The notes below the pieces were generated by a model. That model was given only the letters and a program-made list of their open reading frames with translations. It made no database searches and was not told the DNA's origin. DNA of 64,000 bases, taken from assembly GCF_963921235.1 (NCBI RefSeq), contig NC_086097.1, forward strand, positions 82,648,001 to 82,712,000, given 5' to 3'. This stretch comes from Mobula hypostoma (taxonomy: Eukaryota). Shown here in pieces: positions 24,094-37,243 of this stretch (the stretch's first letter is position 1; the number at the start of each line of letters is the position of its first letter). The translations under genes and the position numbers were made by a program.

Positions 24094-25742
24094 GTATGTA
24101 AGGCGAATATGTGATTCTTTCTTCTGATCTTACTTTCATTTCCCTTTGCAAGTTAATCTTAACTCTGTTTTTTTTACCAAAAAAGCCATCTCAGTTCTTA
24201 AGGGCAAAGGCTCACTTAAATGATCAGGAACATAGATAAGATTAACTGGAACTATTCCAAAAATGATTTTAACATATATTCAATTGCAAGGGTTTCAACA
24301 TTGACCCCTGTGGCACACCTCCAGTCACTTGTCTCCATTCTGAGAAAGAATCTTCAACCACCTCCTTCTGCTTCCTAACTCCAAAGCCAATTTGAATCCA
24401 CCAAACTGGATCTCCCTGGATTCCATGGGAACTAACCTTTCACATCAGCCAATCATGTGAGACTTTGTCAAAGGTCTTGTTGAAGTCCAGGTTGACAAGA
24501 TTCACTGCCCTATCCACATCTCTGGTTTTAGTTACTTCAACAAAAAGAAATGCAAAAAGTTTGTCAAGCACAACTTCCCACTCACAAAGCTATGTTGATT
24601 TCTCCTAATCAGACTCTGTCAACTGCTGATACACTGTGCCTCAGAATTCCCTACAGTAATTTCTCCACCACTGACATTGGGTTCACTGGTCTCTATCTCT
24701 CTGTCTTGTCCTTGCTACCATTTGTAAACAATGGAACAACATTTGGCATCTTTCAGGCCTCAGGAGCTTGGCCAGTGGCAAACAATGAAGAAAGTATCTG
24801 TGCAAGGGGCACCACAATTTCCTCTCTAGCCGCTATGGATAAATTCAACCATACCATGGTGAATTGTCCACTTTAATGCACTGAAAGGCCGCAAATACTT
24901 CCTCCTGGTAACGTGAATGTCCTCCATAGCATCTTCTCTTGTTTCCCTTATCTCTTGAAAAACCATGTTTTTGTCCTCTGTAGACACTGTAGAGAAATGT
25001 TTGTTAAAATTCCCACCTATCTTTTGCAGCTCAAGACAAAGGTGTCTCTGCTGATCTCTAAGGCAACCTCCTCTCTTTCTTGCCACCCTTTTACTTAAAA
25101 CCTCTTGGGATTTTCCTTAACGCTTACTGCCAGATCCATCTCATACCTGCTTTTTGCCCTCCAGATTTACCTCTTAAGAGTATTCTGAATCTTTTTACAG
25201 TCCTTGAGGCATTAGCTTGATCTTGACCTAATCCTAAACACAATTTATGCTCCTTTTTTTGACCAGAGTCTCAATACCTCTCATCAGCCAAGGTTCACTA
25301 AGCTTGGCAGGTTTGCCCTGCACCCTAACAGGAACATGTTGCTCTTGGACTCTTGAGATCAAATTTCACGTCACATGCCAGTGATAATAAACCCGATTCT
25401 GATTCTGATTAAAGAGCTTCCCACTTGCCATTCAATCCTTTCTGTTCAAGTAGGCTCACCCAATCGATCTCTGTTGGATCCTATCTAGTTCCTCCAAAAT
25501 TAACCGTATTCTAATTTAGGGCTCTACCCTGTGGAGCCGTCCTTTCCTTTCCCATCACTATCTTAATCCCGATAGGATTATAGTTACTAGAGCTAACGTG
25601 CTCCCTGGGTGCCACTTCAGTTACCTGGCCTGCCTCCTTTCCTAAGAGGACATCCAGTTTTACGTCCTCCCAAGTAAGATTTTCTCTGTATAGACAAAGG
25701 AAACTTTACTGGATATATTTCACAAATTCCACCCCTTCCAGG

Positions 25743-26534
25743 TGTTACAAGGATCACCTGTTGTGTTAATGATTAGTGAGGCACAGAGAATCTGTATTTA
25801 CTGACAAGTAATTTTTATTGTTAAAACTAAAAAGCACGTGGGTTCACAAACTAACTACCTGTGTGCACCCGACTCTAATCCCTGACTCTCCATGAACAGT
25901 CAATGAATAGAAAAGGTATTACCCAGGAAAGGACTCTATGCTGGCCAGGCATTTCTTGTGCTTCAGACCTCCATGTGTCTATTGGGTTCTCCTTATCCAC
26001 AATGGTTGGTCACTGGTTGCTGGAGAGTTATTACTCCTACGTATTTGGAGCTCCTGACTCTTATAGTGTTCCTAATCAGTTGAACTGGTGGATGTCCATC
26101 CCATTGGCTCAAGGTCACCTGAACTACCTGGCTCACCTTCTTACTGGTTCTAGTCCAGGGCTACAACCAACATTGTTTCATGGTTCTGCCCAACTCAGCC
26201 TTGTGTATTTGTGTTTTTCAACCCCAGCAGGTCCAAACCAGTTAAAGGAGGTGGCCCAGACATAGTCTAATGAGATTACAGATTGCATCTTTCATAGGTC
26301 TGGCACTTTACATAATAAGTCACTACTCATCTGAGAATGGTCTCAGGTTTAGCAGGTCATTACCTGAAGCTCCTTGTGTCCACATTCAATTGCTCTGATT
26401 AGGTTATCCCAGAGCAAAAATCAGTTCAGAGTCCACAAAATGGGGAGGAAACAAAGACAATTGGTTTGTCTGCTTCCCTTGTCCTTGATTCATCAAATCC
26501 ACTAATTGTAGACTGTAGTTTCTCCTGGACAACA
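25743..26534 (-). mobile_element. Probable solo LTR (Gypsy-like)
   Basis: TGTT...AACA ends; CAGG/CCGG 4-bp flanks; minus-strand AATAAA at 25814-25819; CR1 sequence resumes on both sides. Confidence 0.6.
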
Positions 26535-26635
26535 CCGGCCCTTAACACTTTGAATGGTCAAGCCAATACAGGGGACGTTAAAATCTCTCACCAACACAAC
26601 CCTATGAATTTTGCAACTATGAGAAATTTCTCTAC

Positions 26636-27385
26636 ATACGTGATGGCAGAATATAGTATTAATGGTAAGAATCTTGGCAGGGTGGAGGATCAGCGGGATC
26701 TTGGTGTCCAAGTCTATAGGACACTCAAAGCTGCTGCGTAGGTTGACTCTGTGGTTAAGGAACCATATGGTGCATTGGCCTTCATCAGTCATGGAATTGA
26801 GTTTAGGAGCCAAGAGGTAATGTTGCAGCGATACATGACCATGGTCAGACCCTACTTGGAGTACTGTGCTCAGTTCTGGTCACCTCACTATAGGAAGGAT
26901 GTGGAAACCATAGAAAGGGTGCAGAGATTTACAAAGATGTTGCCTGGATTGGGGTGCATGCCTTATGAGAATGGGTTGAGTGCACTCTGCTTTTTTTCTT
27001 TGGAGCAACAGAGGATGAGAGGTGACATGATAGAGGTGTATAAGATGATGAGAGGCATTGATTGTGGGGATAGTCAGAGGCTTTTTCCCAGGGTTGAAGT
27101 GGCTAGCACAAGAGGATACAGTTTTACGGGGAAGTAGGTACAGAGGAGATGTCAGAGGTAAGTTTTTTACTCAGAGACTGGTGAGTGAGTGGAATGGGCT
27201 GATGGCAACAGTGGTGAAGACAGATATGATGGGGTCTTTTAAGGGACTCCTGGACAAGTACATGGAGCTCCGAAAAAAAGAGGGCTATGGGTAACACTAG
27301 GTAATTTCTAAAGTAAGGACATGTTCGGCACAGCTTTGTGGGCTGAAGGGCCTGTATTGTGCTGTAGGTTTTCTATATTTCTATA
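26636..27385 (+). mobile_element. CR1 3' fragment (same subfamily as 10735-13503)
   Basis: RPYLEYCAQFWSPHYRKD; 3'UTR nearly identical to 13320-13500. Confidence 0.92.
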
Positions 27386-27928
27386 CCTGCCCCTCAAGTT
27401 CCAGCTGACCACTGGAAGGTCTATAATAAAGCCACATTTGAATGACTTTCTCATTATTGTTTCTGAATTCTACCCATATGGCCTCACTGATGGTTTCCCC
27501 AAGGATGACATCTCTAAGGATTGCTGTTATATGCTCCGTTATGAAAAAGGCAATACATCCTTCTCGCATACTTGCACATCCGTCATGACTTTTGCATCTG
27601 TACCTTGGAATACTGAGCTACCAGTCCTGCCCTTCTCTCAGCCACGTTTCTGTGATGGCTATTCCATCCCAGTCCTCAGGGCCCAATCATGCTTTGAATT
27701 TGTTGTTGTACTTTGAACATTGAAATAGATGTAGTTTAATAAGTATTTATTTCCCTGCCTTTACTCTGTCCCTGACTATGGTGACTACTAAACTTGTTCT
27801 TGCTGACCACTGCTTTATCCCTTGGCTTGGTCCTATTCAGACTTCACCCCCTTTCCCATCTATTATAAACCCTTCTGTGTAGCATCATCAAATTTCCCTG
27901 CAAGCATATTGGTCCCTCTGTGATTCGG

Positions 27929-28660
27929 AGTTCAAAGTACATTTATTATCCTCATATATGACCTTGAGATTATTTTGTCAGACAATTGCAGGATAATAAA
28001 GAAATGCAACACAATTTATGAAAAATTATAAATAGCAAAGGTTGACAAACAACCAATGTGCAAAAGAAAAGAAATTATATAAATAATTAAAAAAGTAAAT
28101 AATGATACTGAGAATCTGAATTGATGAGCTTTGGAAGGGAGTGCATAGGTTGTGCAGCCAGTTCAGCACTGATCTGAGTACAGTAATCCATGCAGGTTCA
28201 GGAGCCTGATGATTCTAGGGCGGTAACTATTCCTGAGCCTGGTGTAGGATCTAAGGCTCCTGTAGCTCCTGCCCAATGGTAGTAACAAGAAGAGTGCATC
28301 GTCTGGATGATTGGGGTCTTTGATAGATGCTGCCTTCTTGTGATTGCACTTCTTGTAAATGTCTTCAATGACGAGATAGGATTTGCCTCTTATGGATGGC
28401 TGTATCCACCATTTTTTTGTGGATTTTTTTGTTCCTGTGAATTGGTGTTTCCATTTCAGGCTGTAGTGCAACCAGTTAGGTTACTCTCCACTGTGCATCT
28501 ATAGAAGTTTGTCAATTTATGTAAACTTTTAAGAAAGTAGAGGCACTCTTGTGCCTTCTCTGTGATAGTATTTGTGCTGTGGTCCTCTGATATGGTAACT
28601 GAGGAATGTTAAGTTATTGACTCTCTCCACCTTCGATCCCCTGATGAGGACCAACTCCTG
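27929..28660 (-). mobile_element. Rex1/Babar 3' fragment
   Basis: KAASIKDPNHPDDALFLLLPLGRSYRSL..RLRNSY; TTTGAAC-type tail. Confidence 0.8.
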
Positions 28661-29979
28661 GACCTCCTGATCTTAAGTGCAACTGTCCCTCTTGTACAGA
28701 TTGCCTCCACCTCAGAAGAGATCCTAATGGTCCAAGAACCTGAATCTCTACCCCCTGCTCAGCCATGGATTTAGCCGTCATACCCTTTTGTGGTACTGGG
28801 AGAAATAGCTGACCTAACACCCTGTACTCATTCTGCGGGATCTCACCCCTCATCCTACCTATGTCATTTGTACCAACATTTACAATGACCTTTGGCTTTT
28901 CACCTTCCCCCTCAAGAATTTTCTGCAGCCAATCAGAAACATCCTTAACCCTGGTACTACTTCTAATCGCAGAAAGAATCCACTGGCCTCTGTGATGATG
29001 TCAACTTCGATTAGAGGCTGATCGGTATCATCCACATGGTACTTTCTGACAAAAGACATTTGCAAAATTTCAGTCTTGTCTTTTATACTCTGGGCTGGAT
29101 CATTACTATGGATTGGAGTGTATGTGGACCCTTCTCATCACAGTAATTGTTTAATTGTCCACCACTGTTTATGGCCGGATAGGGCAGGGCTTCATAGTAT
29201 TGATCTGATCTGTTCCTCTTTCAGTTAATTAGCTCCATCTTCATCATGCAAGCACATAACTAATGCTTTTAGCATGCATTAAGTAAAAGGCCATGATTTG
29301 TAAAGAGCCCAAAAGTACAGTTTCTGAAAACTTTTAAACATGTTTGCGTTCTCTGTATGTTTTTCCATATAGAATTGAAATGTAAAACCACACCATGTGT
29401 GATTTTTTTGGAGAGGTCAGCAACACTTTATCTTTGAGAATTTTGTGTTAAGAGGTATATATTTAAATATAGTTAATTAAGCATTGTTAAAATTATGGGT
29501 GTGTTAGGTTTGGGTGTATTTATACATTTAAGCTATTGAATTTAAATTCTTGAGATAGGAATGAGTGATGAACAAAGAACCACTGATCGTGGAACAATAG
29601 AAGGTCTTGTCACTGCTTCCAAATGAACCTCTGCTATTTCCCTTCTGGCTTCAGAACCAAAGCTAGAGAGTTATTACCCAGTCTACAGATATAAATACTA
29701 CCTGAAAATCACTAATCTTAAGGAAAAACATTTAAGCAATTTTATCATTATGTATTTCACAATGTATGATGTTCATACAGCACTTCATATGATCATGAGT
29801 GATTCAAATACACCCTGTATGTTATAATGGAACTGAGACTTCAATGGGGGATCAGGAAACTGAACATTCATGAACTCAGCTGATAATTGTCTACATGAAT
29901 TGGGCCATCACAGTGTCCCAAGTTCTGTATTCAATATTTATATAACTTAAGAATTCATTAATTTTTTAAATTTAAAAAT

Positions 29980-30175
29980 TTTGTTGAGTCGTTGAGTCTG
30001 ATTCTTCGTGACCTCATGGTCCACAGGATTTTCATGGTAAGATATGGAAGTAGATTGCCAGGACTTTCTTTCTGCACAGATGCTGCTGCTGCCCAGGTAG
30101 GGACCCAGCTGGGTTTGAACTCAGGACCATCTGCCTTGAAGTCCAGTGCTGATGCCACTACACCACCAGCCGGCC
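29980..30175 (-). mobile_element. tRNA-derived SINE with RTE/BovB-like tail
   Basis: Pol III A box TGGTGTAGTGG, B box GAGTTCAAACC, tail CCATGAGGTCACGAAGAATCAGACTCAACGACTCAACAA. Confidence 0.75.
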
Positions 30176-31229
30176 CACCAACCTGATCAATTACTTTTCA
30201 ACAAGGGTAATTAATGCTATATTTTGCAAAGGAAGGCTGCTGGATGGAGTATTTATAAAATTCTGTCACAAGTTTTAAGACGATGAATGTTAGGTCAGAG
30301 TGTTAGATCAAGGACTTACTGACCATTTCTTTTTATTTTTAAATAAATTTGGCACAAGAGTTTATCCCTTAATTCAGATATATTTGTTTCCCTGGATGTT
30401 TATCACCATACATGTGATAGATATTCACTTTTTGGTTAATAGGCCTCTTTCTTGGTTGTTTGCTATTCTAGCTTTATAAACGCAACACCTGTCACTTGTA
30501 AGATAGCAAACAGACATAAGTAAACTTCCAGCTAACAGTTGTTTGACTTCTAATCATAAAGGGATGTCAGTCTCCAGTTATTGAAATGTAAATGGTAAGC
30601 ATTAATCACACTGAGGTCTAAAGACCTGCTTTGCAAACAAGCTTTGTGGATAGTAGACGTGCTGTCTGGAAGTAGTAAGGTTTAGCTCACTGTACCTGCT
30701 AAAGATGCAGTATAAGAGAATGGGCTGTTTAATTCAGGTTGTTTCAAACAGACAAGCTGACTCCTAGGTTGTTTTGTTGATGGAAGCTTCCAGAATAGAT
30801 GGATAGCTTCATATCACTATGGTGTGTTTACAGTTGGAAAGTTTTATGTGCTCAAGTAAGTTAGCTTCACAGTTTTACAGCATTAAAGGTAGGTAGCTGA
30901 CGGGCTACGTCTCCAAAATGCTTTGAGACTATTTGAGTTGAAACGGCATCTGAGGAAATAGCAAATGTGTATGAAGTCACTGAAGTGGTAGAAAAAGGAT
31001 ATGTGTAGAGAGCAGTTCAGGATTATTAAGAGTTGTAGTAGAATATCACGAGGAATGATAGGAAGGTGAGGTGAATAGAATCCATTCCTCTAGCTTCAGT
31101 TTCTGTGATGGATGACTAGCTCATCCACACCAAGGTATGACTTTTTAGCTTATAGGAATTGTACCTGTATTTTGGAAATTCTTTGCGTTTAGATACTCAA
31201 AAGCTCAGAGGTGGAGTAGATAACTAACT

Positions 31230-32003
31230 TTAAATTTCTTGGTGTTATTATTTTAGAAGACCTGTCTTGGGCCCAGTATTTAATTACAATTATGACGAAA
31301 GCACTGCAGGGCCTCTACCTCCTTAGGAGTTTGCAAAAATTCAGCATGACATCTAAAACGTTGACAAACTTCTGTAGATGTGTAGTGGAGAGTACTTTAT
31401 ATTGAATGGCTGAATGACTGCATCACTGCCTGGTATGGAAACACTAATGGTGTTTTGCAGAAAATCCTACAAAAAGTAATGGATACGGCCCAATCCATCA
31501 CGGGTAAAGCCCTCCCCACTATTATGTATATCTACACGAAGCATTGTTTCAGAAAAGCAACATCCATCACCGAGGACCCCCACCACCCAGGTCATGCCCT
31601 CTTCTCACTGCTGCCATCAAGAAAGTGGTACAGGAGCCTCAGGACTCACACCACCAGGTTCAGGAGCAGTTATTACCCCTCAACCGTCGGGCTCTTGAAC
31701 CAAAGGGGATAACTTCATCTGCCCCATCGTTGAAATGTTTCCACAATCTATGGACTCATCTTATGTTCTCAATATTCATTGCTCATTTATTTGTTATTAT
31801 TATTTCTTTACTTTATTATATTGGAAAGTTTATTGTCTTTTACACATTGGTTGAATGCCCAAGTTGGTGTGCTCCTTCATTGATTCTGTTATGGTTATTA
31901 TTTTATTACGGATTTTTTAAGTATGCCTGCAAGAAAATAAATCTCAGGGTTGTATATGGTGACATATATGTACTTTGATAATTAATTTACTATGAACTTT
32001 GAA
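31230..32003 (+). mobile_element. Rex1/Babar 3' fragment
   Basis: DPHHPGHALFSLLPS..YRSLRTHTTRFRSSYYP; tail TGAACTTTGAA. Confidence 0.85.
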
Positions 32004-35000
32004 ATGTTTTGTAATTGGGAAATAAACGCTTAAGATAGAAATCCTCCAAGTTTTCAATGTGTTTCAAGAATGTGCAGATTTAAAAGTGTATTACTGTAAA
32101 TAAATTTACTGTGTTTTAAACTACATTGTTAGCTGGAAGTATCTTCTCCTTGGTAGGGAGGAAGGACCCACCACTCAAGTAGTGGGCATTGGCAGCTAAA
32201 ACTTGCTGTGGAGGAGAAAGAGGAAGCAAACTAGTCTTTGAGCAGTTACTGTGTAATCCTTTAGTGACGGTACTCATGTCTATTTATATCTGATAGGGCC
32301 TAAGATCTTCGTGTGAGTCCAGTTTTTCTGCTGCATTCTGTTTCTTTCCATCTAGTAACAGATGATTGAAATGATCAGTTAACTGTACACATTCTGAAGC
32401 CAACAATGTTTGGCTGATGGAGGTGTTGACTTGGAAACAAACATTCTGTATATGCGGGAAAGTGGAACATAAAAAAAAAACGATCTGCTGGAAAAACTCA
32501 GCAGGTTGCACAGCATCTGTCATTTAGGGTGGAAGGTTGGCGGTGGGGTACAGAGGGAGAGAATTGTTAATTCATCAGGGCTGCTCACAGTATCTGTTGA
32601 CAATGTTTTGAGCAAGATAAAGTAAAAGTGAACCCAGTACCACGATGTGCCACCTCTGTGCTTGGCATAAAGCTGACCCAGAAATGTTCTAACCTTCAGC
32701 CAGATGATAGGCCTACTTACTTACTTACATCAAGCCACGCAATTTACCATGCATATTAAAATACTGAGTAGTGCAAGGAGCAAAAGAAATTTCACTTTTA
32801 AACCAGTTCAAGCTGGGTTTTAAAACTGCATAAGCTTGCTTGGAGATTTACAGCTTTGCTGTTTATTAACTGACCTTGTTTACACGTGGATTTGGTTGAG
32901 GAATATAAATTAAAATGGGTGGATGAAACTGCAATATTGCAGGGCACCTTGAATTATAGGAGTCCTTTAATGTTTTTTTTCCCCTCTGTTCTCGTAAAAT
33001 ACTACCAATACTGAAATCTGAAATCAGATCCGAACTTGCTGGAAGTATTCAGTAGCTCATATGAACGGTCACCAACCTGACAAGCTAACTCTGTTTCCCT
33101 TCCAACAGATGTTGACATCTCTCCTCAGTATCTCTAAGATTTTCCATTACTTAACATCTGGTATTATTCTACATTGATAAAGTATGTGTAACGACTAACA
33201 TTGATGTGTTTTTTATTATGAATGATTGAGGCCAGCTATATATTGCATGGGATAAGCCTGTCACTTCAGCTAAGATTGGGATCAGCACAGTAGCAGCTGT
33301 TGGAAGGTATTGGACACTAAGAGGAGAAGATATGAGGAAGGATGGGGGTTGGACTGCTACTTAATCTTCATATCATACGAAATCTTGTGGGCAGAGTAAT
33401 GGTGAGGGTCTGAAAGGAAACAAGAACCCTTCATTTGGCCAACGGGTTGTGCTGAAAGATACTGAAATGTTCTCTCCACTATTCACACCTTTTTTTAACT
33501 CCCTGGTTTTCTGTAATGCTGACGCTCAGCCAACCAGTCTGAAATTTGAAATGGAGCTATAATTAGAGACTTGCAACCTCCTAAAAATATGATATTGCAT
33601 TTCTGGGCTCGGGAGATGCTTGGTTGCCTGCACTGTATAAATACTGAGTCAGGGCATGTTGGGACTGATACTCAATGGCACGGCGTGTGATCAGTAAGCC
33701 ACAAGTAAAGCATTCATGGTTTCAGGATATTCTGCATATTTCACAAGTAACTTCAAAACCGAGACATTGTCTGTATTCTGCATCCTGAGTATGTTCACCC
33801 ACGGCAAGCTGCTGTGAAGAACTGTGTTAATATATCTCAATAACCTGTTCAGTGGTGTTGTCTGAGGATAGATATTGCCTTTGACACCACAAAGATTTTT
33901 TTCCTCTGATCTGTTAATAAAGCATAGGAAATTCTTGCATTCCTCTTAGAAAGAAAGTGGGGGAGAGGCATCTTAATCTTGCAATTCCAGCTAAGTCTCT
34001 GCTAACTTGGATAATTGTAGCTCTAACAGCTCCCGTAAAGTTAGGCAACATCAAGAACAAAATGTCTTGCTTGACAGGCATTGCAATCATTTCTTTAAAT
34101 ATTCACCTTGTTCATTGCTGTAGCTGAACTTTGTACCAGCCATTTGCCAATGTTTTTCTCTTCAGCATATCCTAACTTCATGACTTCTGCATTGGAGGAA
34201 GTACAAAGGCCCATGGGAACAACACAATTTGTAAATTAACGCCCACCACCTCCTTCTCCACCAAATCACCGACTGTATTAACTTGATGTCATTATAACCA
34301 AATTAAGATCTCAGAATGCCTAAAAACAACACTGTTTGAATTCATTTAACACTTAAATTGCTGTGTTTCAAGTAATCACTTGTCAAGAGCAATTTGTGAT
34401 GGTCAATAAAAGCTGGGCTTCTCGGCGCACTCCTATATCGAGAATGAATACGTGCCTTGGCTATTTTGCACTAAAAGAAACACAAAATGAACGATGATTG
34501 CTTTGAAATATGATGTTGGTGTAAATGTGATGGAGTTTCCCTGAAGGGGCAGAGCTTTCAGGACTCGACTTGCTGTTTGGAAATGGCAGACTGCTTTCTT
34601 CATGTACCCACTCTTAGTCGAGCAGCATCCAGAAGAATAATCTCACTGGCCTTTTGTGCCCATCGGTACAGAAGTAATGTCTCCAAATCAATCCAGATGG
34701 AAACAAAGCTAGGGAAGGAAGGAGCAATGCTGTCTGTCAAAACTCTTAGGGATTTTAAGCTTTTAAATGTCTTTCTCATGCACACTTTTAATAATTTGTA
34801 AAATTTAAATGAATGGCTAAAATGCATTCCGTTGTTTTACAAATAATAATTAAAACATAACACTTTTAAAATTATTTCAATAGTAGCAAAATTTAAAATC
34901 AGAAGCAGCCTTCTCCCTCTTGTTGCTGGGAAAGCCCCAGTGAAGCAAGGTGTCAGATTCTGCACGTGGTCTGATTCTGTGGAGTCCAGAGAAAGGCAAC

Positions 35001-37243
35001 ATAGAATGAGTGGATGATCTCAACCACTGACTTCCAGCAGCAAGGTTCTCCCCGTATATATCTTCTATGCACAGGTGGCTTTCAATTTTCTACATCTGCC
35101 TATCTACACCACTTGTACAGAAGTGAATTATTTTGCTGCAACATTGTGGCTGTAAACTGCCTTTTTTGTTGCTATGGTGTAGAAATAAAATCCTGTTCTT
35201 TGTGGCTGGTTCAAATCAATTCTCTAATTGTTAATGTGATTTTGGATTAGAGCACATCTATCATTTGTTTGTCTAAGTATTGTACACTGAGAACTGTAAT
35301 AACTGAATAGTGTGTGAACAGTATCACCATCACCTTCAAAGTTATGGAATAAATTATGTTACTTTGCCACACTGAATTGGTTTTTGTCCACAGCCATTAT
35401 CCAAGGCTGAATCAGACTGTTTATAACCTTACCGATCTTCATTGATCACTCTCCATGCTTCTAACCTTGTATCTTTTGCATTACCAATTAATCAAAAATG
35501 TAATTGGCCACATCTGGATTTCTAATTAGTTGCCTGTAGTGAATGATTAATAGTTTGTTGAAAGTCAAATTAGTTGCCAGGATTGAAAGTTAATTGAGCC
35601 AGAGCACAGAAAATTATGTTGTTGCACGTTTTTGGAAGAATATATAAGGCATGGATATCAAATTACTTTATCTGCTTTCAAATTGTGATATTAAGTCACA
35701 TAAAATTGATAATATGCCCATTCATTTGGCACTTATGAAGTAAGCGTTCATAGATTACCTCATGGTGTAATTACCTAACATAAGTCAAATCAAGCATTTT
35801 AAATAGAGAAACACATCTATGACTTTACAGTGATCTACTGTCTAATTAAAGGCTATAGAATATAATCAATTTTATCAATGTAATCTATAGTAATAGTACA
35901 GATTATATTATCAATGTAATGTATAATCAAGGAAGAACCAGGTTATATTGTTATAACCCTATTATATTAACATGATTTTTATATATTATTGATTCAGGTT
36001 TATATAGAAGTTTCTTTGTGTAAAAAAAACTATAGCTGGAGATTATTTCAAAATAACAAGTTACACATTTTGTCTAAATGCAGGACAGAAATGGATATTT
36101 TCCCAGAAATGGGGAGTGAGAGTGTCTGACTTATTTAGAGCTGAGCCATGATACAGAACAAGTGCCAAGTGTTTCTCCCTTGTGTGTATCTGAAAGACAA
36201 GTGATTCTAGATGGCTAAAAGAGAAAGTATTTATCTGCTTATTCATATGCTTAGTGTATAGATTGCTCAGACAAAACTCTCCTGTTCCATTTAAAAGCTG
36301 TAAGGGGTTGCTTTGATGGAATGTTCTTTTTGACATTAAAAAAAACTGCAGTACAAACTATATAAGGGGATAATTCACAGGGAAATTGATAATGAAAGAA
36401 CCTATGATGGATTATTTTCGGGATGTGCAGGCATACTCCCAGTAATTGTTGTTTAGTAGATTTTTTTGACTTCTGTTTTCTTTGTGAGTGGGCTTTGGAA
36501 TTTGTATGTAACTTCCCAAAGAATCTGCAGGTATCGTGGAAGCAAATTGTGCCAGGTAATATAAAGAATATCAGAGCTGCTACATTTTGTGTCATTCCAA
36601 TTGCTTTTGCATTGATGATTTGTTTTCAGTAATGAAAATAGCAGGGTTTGCTCTTTTACACCAAGTTGTCAAAAGTTAAAGTGATGGAGTGAGTGGGGAA
36701 AATGAGATGAATTGGTTGCATTAGTTATGATGAAGAGATTAAGTCAGCATCATGATTGTAAAGTAGTGCAGCAGAAAGAGACAGATAAATAATCAGGTTT
36801 TTAGCAAGGGAAAGTGGGACCAAAGCTGTTCTTGGGCCAAAACCCTGAAAGAGCAGAATCCCATCAATTGCCTGGTATGTATCTGCTTGCAATTCAATAC
36901 CATTAAAAGTGATTGAACTTCGTAATTCAATAGGAAAAAATGTCAAAAATAGGAAAGGATCATAATATAAGATGCGGGCTACCAAAATGTAGATTTTAAT
37001 TCATAAAGCTGACTTTGTGAATTAGTCATAGTACTGATGAATCTGAACTTTAGCATGATTGGAAAAGATGAGCATTTGAAAATTAGGCATTTTTGATCAT
37101 GTGTTATTGAACTACAATGAAGTTTTGTGCCTAGCTGAAAAGCAGCTATAATCTATATTCCCACTTTTCAAGGTGAAATGTGGATTGAGTCAAGTGGGTG
37201 GAATTTGCCTTATTGTTGCTCAGTTGAGCAGTTATGCTTGAAT

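Larger units (their letters stand above)
24290..29000 (-). mobile_element. Old long CR1 interrupted by several younger insertions
   Basis: Minus-strand RT remnants at 24300-25100, APE remnants (VVLVRDFN ~26590; WVEFRN..YYRPSS 27381-27569) and ORF1-like sequence ~28670-28950. Confidence 0.75.

Noticed and set aside
30110..30175. tRNA gene
   Set aside because: A and B boxes are present, but the sequence runs into a SINE body and tail with no complete cloverleaf.
32465..33145. Faint older PLE terminal-repeat traces (also ~54640-54730)
   Set aside because: Too degenerate to define ends, a TSD or a ribozyme core.
36061..36985. Several 69-114 aa ORFs in unique sequence
   Set aside because: No protein motifs or clear splice boundaries; lengths are compatible with chance.
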